Below are positions 54,099 to 64,000 of a DNA stretch of 64,000 nucleotides, in pieces. Within the stretch, counting starts at the first letter, position 1; each line of letters opens with the position of its first letter. A program made the position numbers and the translations under genes. The stretch comes from a virus (lineage: Duplodnaviria; Caudoviricetes): the IMG/VR virus record IMGVR_UViG_3300023174_000047, positions 1 to 64,000 of that record. One strand, given 5' to 3'. Below the pieces are notes generated by a model. It was not told the origin of the DNA, ran no database searches, and saw only the letters and a list, made by a program, of their open reading frames with translations.

Positions 54099-55717
54099 AC
54101 AAATCGTTTCAAGAAGTATTTAGGCAGTTTATTAGCGTTATCAAGAATGCTCTGAACAATATTACCGTCTAAAATGTATGTAACGCAGTGATCATCTTTG
54201 CTGCGAACACCTCGCCCAGTAGCTTGTATCACAGTTGTAAGCATTTTATTAGCATACCACTGTGAATCCATGCTAAAAAGCTTCTTGATTCGTTTGCTGC
54301 TGAGCGGTAGAAATGGTGCTTTGACAATGATTTGAAATCTAGCCAAATCATCTTTTAAATCAACACCATGTGTCATGCTGGGACTCACAATCACGGTATC
54401 ATTATCACCCTGCAAATGCATTTGCAGAATTTGCTCATTATCAACACCGCTTTCACGCACTAGATATCTACTGCCACGAAGGTTTTCTTTCATGTAATTC
54501 GTGATGTTCATGTTGTGCGTATGAATAATGCCTTTTTCACCTTTGTGTTTGTTTACAATTTCATCAATGATTTTTCTGAAGACCGGCATTAGTTTTTCCC
54601 AGTTGCCATTATTCATCTTGTATTTGCTTGATACAATGATGGGCGCCTTTTGAGGATCAAAAGTGCTCGGCATCTCAACATATGCATAGTCTTCAATGCC
54701 CAGACTCTTAGCAAAATTTACTGGATCAATGATGGTTGCAGACATGAGAATAACTTTCTGCGCATTATCGAACAATTGATGTGATAGTTTATCCACCTTG
54801 AGCGGACTAATAACAATTCCTGTTTTTGTTTTTTCGGCAATGTACTCACACTTTCCCCAATTTTCTAGCACAGTTTTAATTTGACCGTGCATGTTTTTTG
54901 CTGCAAGCATTTTTGTAACTTCACTTTGAGCTGCTTTTTTCTTCTTGCTTGTAACTTTGCGCTCCAACTCACTGATAACATCTGTAAGATTTGTTACAAT
55001 GTTTGTAAGATGTACTCGTACTGAACTGAGATTTTCTACATCTACAACACCATCAAAACTAGGAAGCAAATATTGCAAGGATTTAGTCTTGATGTCCACG
55101 GAATAACTCTTGACAAGTTCATCTTCAAGCTCCGCAGCTTCATCACACACTAAAAATTGCTTTTGTTTTACATGATCCGGCAAGCACATGTACATTTTGT
55201 AGTTGTATACTCCAAATTTTGACAAAATGCTTTCATTACGCGCATTGTAATATAAGCACTTGTCACATGACCAGCAATCTTGTTTAATTTTATCAATGAT
55301 GATGCATGGTGCAGTATCTACACTATGATCTTCGTCAACTTTACATACATAATTGTTCTTACCTTTGAGAATCTTTGAATCGTCAAACAATCTCTCATAC
55401 TGGTCTTGTAAAGATTTTGTCACAGTTAAAACTGCACCACCAAATGCAGGCATACTAGTGCATTCATCTGCATGTGTATATTCTCCTGATTCTTTTGCAT
55501 ACACATCATAACTTTTTACTAATTGCTTGAACCGTTCCGATGCATCATTACTAGCATTGCAGACTGTTTTTGCAATCATACTCTTACCACTACCAGTCGG
55601 TGTACAGCAAATAACAAACTTATGTTTATTAAGTGCAACAGAAATTTCACCAAGCACTTTAGCCTGTGATTCTGTAGGTGTGAATGGTTTAGGGAAGTGT
55701 CTGTCAATATCAATCAT
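54095..55717 (-). CDS. DinG/YoaA-like SF2 helicase
   Basis: PTGSGKS, LQDQY, DEAAE, LMSATI, HTH, SPSMTHGVDL, QATGRGVRS..D.C.TYILD. Confidence 0.9.
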   Translation of the reverse strand: MIDIDRHFPKPFTPTESQAKVLGEISVALNKHKFVICCTPTGSGKSMIAKTVCNASNDASERFKQLVKSYDVYAKESGEYTHADECTSMPAFGGAVLTVTKSLQDQYERLFDDSKILKGKNNYVCKVDEDHSVDTAPCIIIDKIKQDCWSCDKCLYYNARNESILSKFGVYNYKMYMCLPDHVKQKQFLVCDEAAELEDELVKSYSVDIKTKSLQYLLPSFDGVVDVENLSSVRVHLTNIVTNLTDVISELERKVTSKKKKAAQSEVTKMLAAKNMHGQIKTVLENWGKCEYIAEKTKTGIVISPLKVDKLSHQLFDNAQKVILMSATIIDPVNFAKSLGIEDYAYVEMPSTFDPQKAPIIVSSKYKMNNGNWEKLMPVFRKIIDEIVNKHKGEKGIIHTHNMNITNYMKENLRGSRYLVRESGVDNEQILQMHLQGDNDTVIVSPSMTHGVDLKDDLARFQIIVKAPFLPLSSKRIKKLFSMDSQWYANKMLTTVIQATGRGVRSKDDHCVTYILDGNIVQSILDNANKLPKYFLKRFV

Positions 55718-55732
55718 TTTTCAATTATACAA

Positions 55733-56077
55733 TCAGTTTATCTTTTTGCAATGCATAATTATATTAAAAAATCTAGTATTTTTCTTCTTTGAAACAGTTC
55801 TGAGCTTTAAGAGAATGTCTTTGTTGCCGCGGCACAAAGTATTGTGGGTATAGTCTAATGTAATTGTATCAGCAGTGTTTTTTGAAATACCAAACGGCAT
55901 GGGTATTATAAATTGTTTATTGTCGCCGCTGTCAGTCTGCAAAATAAAGAATACATGAAAATCTTTGATGGCAATGAGAATTAATTTGCCTTTTTTAATT
56001 GACTTGCCGTTTATGTCAAAGCTTATTTTACTCTGCAAAAACGAACCAAAAGTTTTTTCAATATATTCTGTAATCAT
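55733..56077 (-). CDS. hypothetical protein
   Basis: ORF track 114 aa. Confidence 0.65.
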   Translation of the reverse strand: MITEYIEKTFGSFLQSKISFDINGKSIKKGKLILIAIKDFHVFFILQTDSGDNKQFIIPMPFGISKNTADTITLDYTHNTLCRGNKDILLKLRTVSKKKNTRFFNIIMHCKKIN

Positions 56078-56451
56078 GCTGTCATATATGCTATTTTTTG
56101 TTGAGTTGACATTATAAATATCTCTTCATTAAAAAAATTCCAGAATTCATCCGCAGGTGGAAAAGTTCTAATAATATCACAGTCATCCAAACTTATGATT
56201 CTAAAATCCTGCATAATTATATCCCATGTGATGATGAGATTTTTTGCTGCAGCGTTAAATGCAGGAGCTTTAGATGGCGTTCTATAATTTAAAACAATGC
56301 GCCCATTCGGTGATGTAAGTAATGCACTGTTGTTAGTGCATAGCATTCTGCGCACCGGCCCAACTCCAGGAATTTGTCTGCGACGTAAGAAGCGAACATC
56401 AACAACGTTGTTGAGTAAACTTTGATATAGATTAGCATACGTCGCAGGCAT
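56074..56451 (-). CDS. SH3-fold protein (DUF2693-like)
   Basis: V.F.RR...RRMLCT.N, TWDI...DFR.I. Confidence 0.6.
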   Translation of the reverse strand: MPATYANLYQSLLNNVVDVRFLRRRQIPGVGPVRRMLCTNNSALLTSPNGRIVLNYRTPSKAPAFNAAAKNLIITWDIIMQDFRIISLDDCDIIRTFPPADEFWNFFNEEIFIMSTQQKIAYMTA

Positions 56452-56453
56452 AA

Positions 56454-56861
56454 TTAAACTTCTGTCTTAGGCTCACATTTGCCAAACAAGCGCTGCTCAT
56501 TTAAAAACATACCACTTTTAACTGTGCCATATCCTTTAATATCAATGCCAGATATAGTTACACCTTTGTCATTTGGAAACATAACAATGTCACCAGGTTT
56601 TGTATTTTTTACTTCTGTGCCTACTAGTACAACTCTAGCTTTGCGCCATGCTTTTGTAACTGCATTGGTCTGAATAAAAATGGAACCACGTTTAATAAAT
56701 TCACCATCTTCTGATAAATCTGTAAATTCAACCAAAATAATGTCACCATAGACTTGCGACAAAACAAAGTCATCCAACCCGAAGTTTCCTTCTGAGTGGG
56801 ATGACATGTCGATGAGGCTGCGTGTAGGTGTTAACTGATTAATGTCTGCTGGCATATGCAC
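56454..56861 (-). CDS. GroES-like co-chaperonin
   Basis: GDIILVE, ARVVLVG, KPGDIVMFP, FLNEQ.LFG. Confidence 0.8.
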   Translation of the reverse strand: MHMPADINQLTPTRSLIDMSSHSEGNFGLDDFVLSQVYGDIILVEFTDLSEDGEFIKRGSIFIQTNAVTKAWRKARVVLVGTEVKNTKPGDIVMFPNDKGVTISGIDIKGYGTVKSGMFLNEQRLFGKCEPKTEV

Positions 56862-56864
56862 TAT

Positions 56865-57239
56865 TTACATAATAGCATCATTTTGCAACTCTCTAAGTTG
56901 TTTGATGCTCATGAAATTTGCATGTGCAAGCATTTTTTCCTGTTCTAATTCTTCTGTTTTAGTTGGCTTTTTATTCTTTGCAGCTTTTTTAATATAGTTA
57001 ATTTTCTTGAATTTACTTTTACTAATTAAATGAAATAGAAAATCATACTGCTGTTGCTTTGTATCGAAGATATCCCACCACTGATTTGTGGTGGAGTTAA
57101 TGAGCGCAGCAACGTCGGGTGAATACATGCTTAGCCATCTATTTACCATGTATAAATTGAATTCTTTCTCACTCTCTGTATCAAGTTCAATCCTCTGCTT
57201 GGTTGTTAATATGGAAGAGAGTATATTAAAGATGGTCAT
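56865..57239 (-). CDS. gp62: clamp loader small subunit (T4 gp62-like)
   Basis: F..YMVNRWLS, QQQYDFL.HL..K.K...YIKK. Confidence 0.75.
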   Translation of the reverse strand: MTIFNILSSILTTKQRIELDTESEKEFNLYMVNRWLSMYSPDVAALINSTTNQWWDIFDTKQQQYDFLFHLISKSKFKKINYIKKAAKNKKPTKTEELEQEKMLAHANFMSIKQLRELQNDAIM

Positions 57240-57838
57240 GCAATTACCTTTGTAGTAGCAACAAAGATGCTATTGGTCATTGAATGAAAGGCTTCAATTC
57301 CTTTAGCCATAAACATGTTGCACTGCTCCGGTGTCATGTTAGTAGAATACGCAAAGCCAGGTGCCTTGGGACCCGCATCCACATTGATTCCTGTATGACC
57401 GAGAGCCGCACCATTCTTTGTATATGTAATACTCACAGAACACTTTCCCTTGCTGTGCATCTCTCCATCACTACCTTTAAATTCATTATGAACAAGCAAA
57501 TCATCACCACTTACTTCAATGGGCTTCTGAATGATGTTAAATAGAATGTTAGCAAGTTGTGTATTAAACAGACGCTGGAAAGCTACTGCACCAAATGCTT
57601 CAAGATTAGGAATTTCCCAACAGAAATTAATTGCATCTTTGCTATAGATGAAGTCATTGCTGAGTACGTCTTCTAAATCAATCATGCCAGATGCTTCAAC
57701 ATGCATGGGAGCACGAAAAGCTACAATGTTGCCTTGAGGTAGTACATTATCACGCAATAGCTTATATGCAAATCTTGAATGAATGAGATGCCCATCATAT
57801 ACATGCTGATCATCGCGAATGAGAAGGTTATAATTCAT
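57236..57838 (-). CDS. DUF366 family (lipoate/biotin ligase-like fold)
   Basis: YDG.LIHSRFAY, IVAFRAP, AV.FQRL, GDD, GK.SVSI, HTGINV. Confidence 0.75.
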   Translation of the reverse strand: MNYNLLIRDDQHVYDGHLIHSRFAYKLLRDNVLPQGNIVAFRAPMHVEASGMIDLEDVLSNDFIYSKDAINFCWEIPNLEAFGAVAFQRLFNTQLANILFNIIQKPIEVSGDDLLVHNEFKGSDGEMHSKGKCSVSITYTKNGAALGHTGINVDAGPKAPGFAYSTNMTPEQCNMFMAKGIEAFHSMTNSIFVATTKVIA

Positions 57839-57857
57839 CTGTTAAGATAAAGTATTG

Positions 57858-58853
57858 TTATTGTTTTTCAACTTGTTCTTTAATCCAATTATATGTCTTT
57901 TCCAGGCCTTTAGCAAGTGGGTAGTCTGGCCTCCATTGAAGTTTTTCATTAATGAGGCTGTTGTCAGAGGTTCTACCTCTCACACCAGTAGGCCCCTCAA
58001 TGTGACATTTTTTGAGCTGCTTTCCTTCAACTGCACATGCATAGTCAGCCAATTGATTGATAGTAACCATTTCTTCTGAACCAATATTCACAGGACCGGA
58101 GAATTCTGATTGCATCAAGCGACGAATACCTTCAATGCATTCGTCAATATAAAGGAAGGAGCGGGTTTGATTGCCATCACCCCAAATTTCAATTTCATCA
58201 GTTGCATTAATAACTTTGCGACAAATAGCAGCAGGTGCTTTTTCTTTGCCGCCTTGCCATGTTCCAAGTGGGCCAAAAATGTTGTGAAAGCGTGCAATGC
58301 GAACATTCAATCCATAATTGCGTTGATATGCAAGATACAGTCTCTCACTAAACAATTTTTCCCAACCATATTCAGAGTCTGGAGCTGCAGGATAAGCACT
58401 TGCTTCAGTGCAGTTAGGATTAGTAGGATCTTCTTGATTGTATGCAGGATACATGCATGCAGAGGAAGAATAGAAAACCTTCTGTGCACCCTTTTTAACA
58501 CACTCTTCTGCTACATTGAGGTTAATGGTTGCAGAATTATGCATTACATTTGCATCATTTTCTCCTGTAAAAATATATCCTGCTCCACCCATGTCTGCAG
58601 CAAGTTGATATACTTCATTAAAGCCTCCATCTCTAGCTGTTGTTTGATTAGGTGACCACATTGCAAGAGATACAAACATGGTATCTCTGAGATCCCCAAT
58701 CATGAATTCATCTGCATTGCTTTTGTCTTGATATTCAGGGTATTTGAGATCAACGCCCCTTACCCAATAACCTTCTGATTTCAGTTTATTGACAAGATGA
58801 TTACCAATAAAACCACCTGCTCCCAATACTAGTGCTGTTTTTTTAAAACTCAT
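57858..58853 (-). CDS. GDP-mannose 3,5-epimerase-like NAD-dependent epimerase
   Basis: GAGGFIG, YQLAADMGGAGYI, YSSSAC.YP, YGWEKL, RFHNIFGP.G.W.GG.EKAPAA. Confidence 0.92.
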   Translation of the reverse strand: MSFKKTALVLGAGGFIGNHLVNKLKSEGYWVRGVDLKYPEYQDKSNADEFMIGDLRDTMFVSLAMWSPNQTTARDGGFNEVYQLAADMGGAGYIFTGENDANVMHNSATINLNVAEECVKKGAQKVFYSSSACMYPAYNQEDPTNPNCTEASAYPAAPDSEYGWEKLFSERLYLAYQRNYGLNVRIARFHNIFGPLGTWQGGKEKAPAAICRKVINATDEIEIWGDGNQTRSFLYIDECIEGIRRLMQSEFSGPVNIGSEEMVTINQLADYACAVEGKQLKKCHIEGPTGVRGRTSDNSLINEKLQWRPDYPLAKGLEKTYNWIKEQVEKQ

Positions 58854-58903
58854 ACTGTATGTATAGTATTAATTTTGTTTTTCAACACTGTATGTAAGAG
58901 GTA

Positions 58904-59443
58904 TTATTTTATAGCTCTAATATTGAGGCTCATAAGTTTACCATTTTGCTTGTCGAGATGTGGAATATATGATTGGCTAAAATCATCAATGTGTGCATGA
59001 TCTGTTTGCTTCCAATCATATAGCTGCACATCCTTAAAACCGATTTCGTTTAAATCTCTTCTCATATGTGAGAAATCCCAGCACCAGTGGTGAAAATTTT
59101 CATTATAATCTTGCCCACCATATAACATGCCACGTATAGCATCTAAACTACCTGTTGTGCGGTAATAATCAACAATGGATTCAAAATCAGGTACTGCAAT
59201 TCTCAAAATACCACCCGGTTTTAAAATATCATACCATCTTGCAAGAACAGTTTTGTATTCCCATCTAGAAAAATGTTCTAATACATGAGATGCATAAATT
59301 ACATCAACTGTTGCAGGCTTGTAACTCCGTAAAAATTTAATGTTATCAACTACGTCAACACCTGGTAAATATCTAACATCGATATTTATATACCCGTCAA
59401 TATGCTTGTTGCCACATCCAAGGTGTAATTTTACTTTATTCAT
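58904..59443 (-). CDS. class I SAM-dependent methyltransferase (type 11)
   Basis: LHLGCG, IYASHVLEH, LKPGG.LRIAVPD. Confidence 0.88.
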   Translation of the reverse strand: MNKVKLHLGCGNKHIDGYINIDVRYLPGVDVVDNIKFLRSYKPATVDVIYASHVLEHFSRWEYKTVLARWYDILKPGGILRIAVPDFESIVDYYRTTGSLDAIRGMLYGGQDYNENFHHWCWDFSHMRRDLNEIGFKDVQLYDWKQTDHAHIDDFSQSYIPHLDKQNGKLMSLNIRAIK

Positions 59444-60278
59444 TTGTCAAAAAGTGTTGATTTGTAATTGACATTGCAATATCACGAGGTGACCATTCTT
59501 GTCTATTTTTGTGATAATTAAACCAATACATAGGCGAAATGATCGTAGGATTGTTAATATTTAACCAAGCACCCCACCACGAAAAACTTGAAGCTGCAGT
59601 TATACAATGATTAGCATTTTTCATAATGCTCAAATCATATAGCTTTTCCTCTACATTGAAAGGAGAGCGGTGTATATCAAATCCTTCTCTTATCAGCAAA
59701 TCCATTTTATCACTCTTTTTATTATCTGACACCAACACAATACACACATCGTCCTTGGTAATGTTATTAAGATCTAAAATTTTATTAACAGCTTTTAAGA
59801 AGTATTCCTGCTTAACAATTGGAAAGCCATCTCCACAATTATAATCACCTTCGCGACTATGTGCGCTTATAATAACTGCCTTGTTAAGTGTCTTAAAGAA
59901 CTCAAGAACTTTTTCATCAATTGCTCTATCTTTGAATGTAAAATGCTTTATAATGTCATCACGATATTTGATAAAATACTTATCTGTCTGAAAGTATCCT
60001 TCGATAACTGTATCTGGTTGCACATTAAAAATGTCCGGGTTGAAGGCTTGCTCTGCACAGCTAGAATCTCTAAAGCAGTGCTGCTTTGTGCATATGCTCT
60101 CGGTTCGAGGTGGTAAATTAAAAAATTCAAGACCATTGCCGCTTGGTGTGTGATCATTACTTGCTCCATGCCAATCGCTATTATATAGAGGAATATTTGT
60201 TTCCCTGCTTACAGCATATGCAACAGCCCATTGAAACATATTATTCCCTAAATTTGACATCCAGTTAATACTTATCAT
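59436..60278 (-). CDS. GT11 alpha-1,2-fucosyltransferase-like
   Basis: LGNNMFQ.A, GYFQT.KYF, H.R.GDY, SSFSWWGAWL. Confidence 0.88.
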   Translation of the reverse strand: MISINWMSNLGNNMFQWAVAYAVSRETNIPLYNSDWHGASNDHTPSGNGLEFFNLPPRTESICTKQHCFRDSSCAEQAFNPDIFNVQPDTVIEGYFQTDKYFIKYRDDIIKHFTFKDRAIDEKVLEFFKTLNKAVIISAHSREGDYNCGDGFPIVKQEYFLKAVNKILDLNNITKDDVCIVLVSDNKKSDKMDLLIREGFDIHRSPFNVEEKLYDLSIMKNANHCITAASSFSWWGAWLNINNPTIISPMYWFNYHKNRQEWSPRDIAMSITNQHFLTNE

Positions 60279-60306
60279 AAATTTGTATTTATAAATACAT
60301 GTGATA

Positions 60307-61536
60307 TTACGCAACCTGTAAAGTAGGCATCGGTATCACAAATTTACCGCAAAATTGTGTATTTTTACTCATTATACTATCTGCCATATTCCACACTGAA
60401 ACAATGCAATAGTCAGTTGGATTATTTATAAAATAATCCCTACTTACAATTTTTATATTGCTACCGGGTGAGTAGCGCTCTTGCTTGAGCGGAGAATCAT
60501 CAACTACATATTTAATATTAGTATTATTTAAATTGAAAAATTTACTAAACAATGCAAATTTCGCAGGGCACCCATAGCAGCAAATAGTTTTATTTTGCGC
60601 TGCAGCATTATTAAGAAAATTATGCATCTGCATCTGCAAATCTTTTAATTTACTGACAAAATTTTCATATGTCGTTTTATTATATAGCTCAAAATTTTCC
60701 TCTGCTAAAATAGTCTGATTGACTGTTGGTGTTATAGAAAACTTTCCAGTTTGTTTTTTCTGCGCAAAAATTCTAAAAGACCCACCTTGTGTTGAAACAA
60801 GCTTAATATGAAATATTTCCAAACCATATTTATCAAGATATCTTACTAGCGGTTTGATTCCATAGTACTGCAGATGCTCATGATATATTTGATCAAAATA
60901 AAGACCTTGGATAGTATTAAGCAGATACGCATTCTCAAAGACTATTACACCTTGTGCATCTAGACAATTCACAATACCATTCATGATGCTATCAAGCTCT
61001 GCAACATGAGCTAATACATTGTTTGCGCAGACTATATTTACACTACCACACTCTTTTACTATCTGCTTTGCAATATCACTATTAAAAAAATTGTTATAAA
61101 GTGTTGCGTTTGTTTTTTCTTTAGCTCTTTTTATAATATTTTCTGCTGGATCAACGCCAATCAGTTTAGTACATCCTAATTGTTCAAAAGCAGTGAGTAG
61201 AATACCATCATTACACCCTACTTCAAGAATATTTTTGTGTGCTACATCTTTAATCACTTCATCTATACAATCTGCATATTCTTTAAAATGTGTGAGCAAT
61301 GATGGTGAATCTGAACTTGAATACAAATAGTTCTTAAATAAATGCGACGGATCAACAGTTTCACGAAGTTGCACATGCCCGCAATCCAAGCACCTGACTA
61401 CAGAAAGTGGATATTTCTCTTCATTTACATCTAAGCTGAGTGGATATGAATTTGCTAAGGCGCAATCACCGAACGCAATTATCTCATCTAAAAGCTGGCT
61501 TTTGCAAAGTCTACACTCTTTAATTAAATTAACCAT
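60307..61536 (-). CDS. NDP-hexose C-methyltransferase
   Basis: CR.C, C..CGHVQL, EVGCNDG, FDQIYHEHL.Y, H.GGS, YG.PAK. Confidence 0.9.
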   Translation of the reverse strand: MVNLIKECRLCKSQLLDEIIAFGDCALANSYPLSLDVNEEKYPLSVVRCLDCGHVQLRETVDPSHLFKNYLYSSSDSPSLLTHFKEYADCIDEVIKDVAHKNILEVGCNDGILLTAFEQLGCTKLIGVDPAENIIKRAKEKTNATLYNNFFNSDIAKQIVKECGSVNIVCANNVLAHVAELDSIMNGIVNCLDAQGVIVFENAYLLNTIQGLYFDQIYHEHLQYYGIKPLVRYLDKYGLEIFHIKLVSTQGGSFRIFAQKKQTGKFSITPTVNQTILAEENFELYNKTTYENFVSKLKDLQMQMHNFLNNAAAQNKTICCYGCPAKFALFSKFFNLNNTNIKYVVDDSPLKQERYSPGSNIKIVSRDYFINNPTDYCIVSVWNMADSIMSKNTQFCGKFVIPMPTLQVA

Positions 61537-62449
61537 ATTGTTTTTTTATGTTTCTATTTGTAAACATGTATTCGCCTTGCACATTTTTCAAGCTATTTAA
61601 TATGCTATTACATGTGCCTGTAAATTTAAAATTAAAAGCTTTTACAAACTTTTCGTTAGAGGCTGAAAAACTGTATGTTGGTGCTCCGTTGCTATCAATG
61701 ATGAGTTTACACTGCATTATCTCTGCAGCATTAGTTGCAATGCATTCTATTGTCTCATTAAAAGACACAAGATTATAAATTCCACGCTTTTCAAAACTAC
61801 CTTGCTCAATGATTGCTTGAATAGCTCCTGAAAGATCAGCAATGTCTAAAATAGGACGGTAATTTGCTTTATTAAAGCATTTCATCTCACCTGTTTGAAT
61901 GGCAGATTTAAACATTGCATTTAGCATTATATCATCCCTTAAATTGGGTGACCACCCATTAACAGTTCCAAATCTCAAGCCATAAAATTCAACATTTTTT
62001 GATATCTTTGCATAATAGTCAATTTCCTGTTTAGAGAGATCATAAAAATTGTGAGGTGAAAAATATTCATCCAATTCTTGAGAAATTTTATTATGACAAC
62101 TTCCATAAACACTAGAGCTGCCAGCATACACAAATTTAATTGATTTCTTGTTGCTAACATTACTTATCTTATGCAGCAATTCGCAAAAATTAACTACATT
62201 ATTTTTTAGCGTGGGTAACATATTATCAATACACATGCCAACACTAGAATGACCAGCTAGTAAAATTATTACATCATATTGTTCAATATCGTTTTCTGAT
62301 AAATCGTTAAAATCTATAACGATATTTTGTTTATTAATTTTATTACCAAACCACTCAAGATCTATTGAATCAACTAAATGTCTTTCTTTTAAATCAAAAA
62401 AGATTCTACTGCCAATATACCCTGTACCACCAATCAAGAGAATTTTCAT
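61529..62449 (-). CDS. NAD-dependent epimerase/dehydratase (SDR)
   Basis: GGTGYIG, SSSVYG, YD.SK, LRFGTV.G.SP.LR.D. Confidence 0.88.
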   Translation of the reverse strand: MKILLIGGTGYIGSRIFFDLKERHLVDSIDLEWFGNKINKQNIVIDFNDLSENDIEQYDVIILLAGHSSVGMCIDNMLPTLKNNVVNFCELLHKISNVSNKKSIKFVYAGSSSVYGSCHNKISQELDEYFSPHNFYDLSKQEIDYYAKISKNVEFYGLRFGTVNGWSPNLRDDIMLNAMFKSAIQTGEMKCFNKANYRPILDIADLSGAIQAIIEQGSFEKRGIYNLVSFNETIECIATNAAEIMQCKLIIDSNGAPTYSFSASNEKFVKAFNFKFTGTCNSILNSLKNVQGEYMFTNRNIKKQYG

Positions 62450-63228
62450 AACTTCAAATAATCACGATATTTATCAACATTGTTTTGAACTACTAGCGGT
62501 AAATTTTCAAGAGGATCAACCCCAAAAAATTTTAGCTGGCACCCTCTTTCGATTGGATCAAGCATATTTTCAAATCTATGTTTTATATCATCCTTTGTCA
62601 TATGAACCCATTCTGTATGTGCAAAACTCTGCAATTTGGTATATATGCTCTCTACACCACCAGAATAGGAAAAATGCCATCCACCGTTTTCAATATATAC
62701 TGTATTATTTCTTGTTCTTATAGTTGCATTGTATATACCTTCAGCACCGTTAATGTATTTCCAAGGTGATATACACGTACCAGGCCAGTCTGTATTGTTT
62801 TCGCCAAACTTAGTATTAAGAAAGAGATAATACATTTGCTGCATTAAATGTTTTGTGTCTGTTATTTCAACTCGTGCATTTTCAATGCTTTGTTTGCGGG
62901 GAATTTCATCAACTGCACTTACCATTATAATATCATCATCACTTGCTCCTGTTAGTCCCAACTTTATGCAATTGAAAGAATGCTCCTCATTGGCCCATGA
63001 ATCGCTTACAAATTCAGGAGAATCTACAACAATGTGTATAATTTTGTGCAAAAACGGTTCAAACAAATGTTTATTTTCATTAAAAAATAATGGTTTATCT
63101 TTATTTTGCCATGTCTTTTGCCCTTCAACCAAAACAAAATGATCTACTATATCATTAAGTTCATGCAATCTTATTTCAAGAAGGTGTAATTCATTAAAGA
63201 ATGTGAAGCAATCGTATATCTTTTTCAT
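62446..63228 (-). CDS. GT17-family glycosyltransferase
   Basis: YDCF.FFNE..LLE.RL.EL...VD.FV.VE, VDEIP, GGWHFSY. Confidence 0.85.
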   Translation of the reverse strand: MKKIYDCFTFFNELHLLEIRLHELNDIVDHFVLVEGQKTWQNKDKPLFFNENKHLFEPFLHKIIHIVVDSPEFVSDSWANEEHSFNCIKLGLTGASDDDIIMVSAVDEIPRKQSIENARVEITDTKHLMQQMYYLFLNTKFGENNTDWPGTCISPWKYINGAEGIYNATIRTRNNTVYIENGGWHFSYSGGVESIYTKLQSFAHTEWVHMTKDDIKHRFENMLDPIERGCQLKFFGVDPLENLPLVVQNNVDKYRDYLKL

Positions 63229-63836
63229 TTTTTAAGTATGCATGTTATACTTGTTGCATTTGTATAAAGAAGATTTATAAATTGACATTCAAAACTTGCA
63301 TCACTATGCATAATTTTGTTAATATTTTCTAGTGTTGAGCTATTTGCATTTTTATCGCAGTGAATATCTTCAATGATATAATATGCACCTTTGTGAAGCT
63401 TAGGCCAAATATGCTCAAAGCTTGCGCGCTGGTGTTCATTTGCATGGCTACCATCATCAATCACTATGTTAAAGTTATCAAATGTTTCAAAAATATTATC
63501 TAAGACTATTACATCAGTTTGACTACCTTGTATTAAATGAATTGTATCTGGTTGAGGCCAACCACCACCTTCAACTCCAATGTGTCTAGTTTTATCAACA
63601 TGCTCCAAGGTAATATCTAAACCTACAATGGTTGCATGCTTAAAATACTCTTGCCACATGCATAGTGATGCTCCTTTTGCAATACCAATTTCAAGTAATT
63701 TTATAGGCGCATCTTTTAAGTATGAAAAGAACAAATCATATACAGGAGCATACATGTGCCCTGCTCCTGGTATCTTATCAAAGAAATTTGTACCCTTGTC
63801 GGTGAGGTATTTGTCAGCTAATTCTAGTAGGCTCAT
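63225..63836 (-). CDS. class I SAM-dependent O-methyltransferase
   Basis: TDKG...H.Y...Y, LLEIGI..G.SL..W..YF, IDDGSH, GAYYIIEDI. Confidence 0.85.
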   Translation of the reverse strand: MSLLELADKYLTDKGTNFFDKIPGAGHMYAPVYDLFFSYLKDAPIKLLEIGIAKGASLCMWQEYFKHATIVGLDITLEHVDKTRHIGVEGGGWPQPDTIHLIQGSQTDVIVLDNIFETFDNFNIVIDDGSHANEHQRASFEHIWPKLHKGAYYIIEDIHCDKNANSSTLENINKIMHSDASFECQFINLLYTNATSITCILKK

Positions 63837-63999
63837 AAATTATTATAATGTTGCGACCCAACCCTGTATCTTCAAATACATAGTTTGGATTTATTGCTTT
63901 GATTGCATTTTCAAATTCTCTATGAGTCGGCCAACCAAGCCCACCAATATCAACACAATCATCAACAATGATTACATGGTCATTTCTTTTTGAGCATTC
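63814..63999 (-). CDS. partial CDS (5' end outside the window), methyltransferase-like C-terminus
   Basis: ECSKRNDHVIIVDDCVDIGGLGWPTHREFENAIKAINPNYVF... Confidence 0.55.
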   Translation of the reverse strand, partial: ECSKRNDHVIIVDDCVDIGGLGWPTHREFENAIKAINPNYVFEDTGLGRNIIIIYEPTRIS

Positions 64000-64000
64000 T

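Overview
This window is part of a large T4-like (Tevenvirinae-type) myovirus genome. The evidence is a gp15/gp20/gp13/gp21/gp22/gp23 head and neck module, a gp5-like hub, gp62, NrdAB and TAAATA late promoters. A Tat-exported DUF1501 gene and a DUF1549/DUF1501 remnant suggest a PVC host (Verrucomicrobia or Planctomycetes); this is inference. Layout: (1-3.2 kb) tandem array of five paralogues built from 23-aa HREDGPA repeats; (3.2-12 kb) early genes with sigma70-type promoters, thyX and 2 tRNAs, bracketed by two repeat-rich non-coding blocks; (12-20 kb) probable internal head proteins and a tmRNA with an unusual 34-aa tag; (20.2-24.2 kb) a candidate ~460-nt structured RNA followed by a tRNA array (about 17 tRNA or pseudo-tRNA genes). 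The array includes four non-Ser/Leu/Tyr tRNAs with long variable arms, a T-armless CCA-ending tRNA-Trp-like RNA and two other folded RNAs. Then: (25-36 kb) holin-like, DUF1501, flavodoxin-like and head genes; (36-38 kb) an HNH + methyltransferase cassette bracketed by a duplicated gp23 3' end and terminator; (39.7-43.6 kb) UvsE and a 7-deazaguanine operon (TGT-like, PurN-like formyltransferase, kinase, QueF); (44-57 kb) baseplate hub, ClpP, NrdAB, PRTase, DinG-like helicase, co-chaperonin, gp62; (57.8-64 kb) a nucleotide-sugar, glycosyltransferase and methyltransferase cluster. All calls come from reading motifs by eye. No database searches or folding programs were run, and counts are manual.
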